A stretch of DNA of 64,000 nucleotides from Mitosporidium daphniae. Taxonomy: Eukaryota. The notes below the pieces were generated by a model. That model had not been told where the DNA came from. It saw nothing but the letters and a program-made list of their open reading frames with translations, and did no database searches. The stretch covers positions 1 to 64,000 of the forward strand of contig NW_013546121.1 of assembly GCF_000760515.2 (NCBI RefSeq). The letters run 5' to 3'. The position numbers and the translations under genes were made by a program. This document shows, one piece after another, positions 63,768-64,000 of the stretch. Each line of letters opens with the position of its first letter. The stretch's first letter is position 1.

Positions 63768-64000
63768 CTATCCTTTTTGGCAAGATTCGTTCCAAATATT
63801 GAGCGTGCAGGAAAGGCAGCGGTATGGCTGCGAGATGGCTTTGATTGAAAACTCACTTGAAATCAGATTCAAAAATCCACAACCGGTACAGTTCCAAAAG
63901 ATCAGCGGGGAACTATTGAAAATATGTAATGAATGCCCAAATGAGGTACCTGTTAAAATGGCAAGAAAGCAGCGTATTTTGTTTTCCAAAGAAAATCTCA
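63768..64000 (-). CDS. 3' end of an unidentified gene with CxxC..CxxC (partial)
   Basis: Open frame from the window end containing WNCTGCG..CLSC. Confidence 0.35.
   Translation of the reverse strand, partial: RFSLENKIRCFLAILTGTSFGHSLHIFNSSPLIFWNCTGCGFLNLISSEFSIKAISQPYRCLSCTLNIWNESCQKG

Overview
This window is eukaryotic, not prokaryotic. It comes from an extremely compact, intron-rich, fungus-related genome with about 33 protein genes in 64 kb, intergenic gaps often 20-200 bp, and mostly 21-35 nt spliceosomal introns. TOM40, a mitochondrial RbfA-like gene, archease and a fungal-type GFA1/PMA1 set suggest an early-diverging Rozellomycota or 'short-branch microsporidian' such as Mitosporidium (inference). 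Gene order: SPT6 (partial), tRNA-Asn, RAD2, RPS2, GPI1, ELP2, a candidate H/ACA snoRNA, DOP1, SEC22, PRE7, an intronless bacterial-looking secreted protein, GFA1, PRP28, a decayed DGAT2-family pseudogene, a small CATCHR-like gene, archease, THG1, CHMP7, ubiquitin-L40, TFB4, SET2, LSM6, a synaptojanin, PMA1, a Rad1-like clamp, a 4-TM orphan, SQT1, RbfA-like, NAA25, PGM3, an ATG5-like orphan, PP1 inhibitor-2, QDPR, V-ATPase proteolipid, RAD50, eIF3b, TOM40, a voltage-sensor-only protein and ROK1. The most notable observations are: an apparently obligatory non-GT (most likely GA-AG) intron in PRP28, an intergenic H/ACA-like RNA with a plausible LSU rRNA target, a probable bacterial HGT gene, an in-frame TAG in CHMP7, the DGAT2 pseudogene, and telomere-repeat hairpins in promoter regions. 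Gene models were spliced by eye, family calls come from motifs recalled from memory, and no database searches were run.
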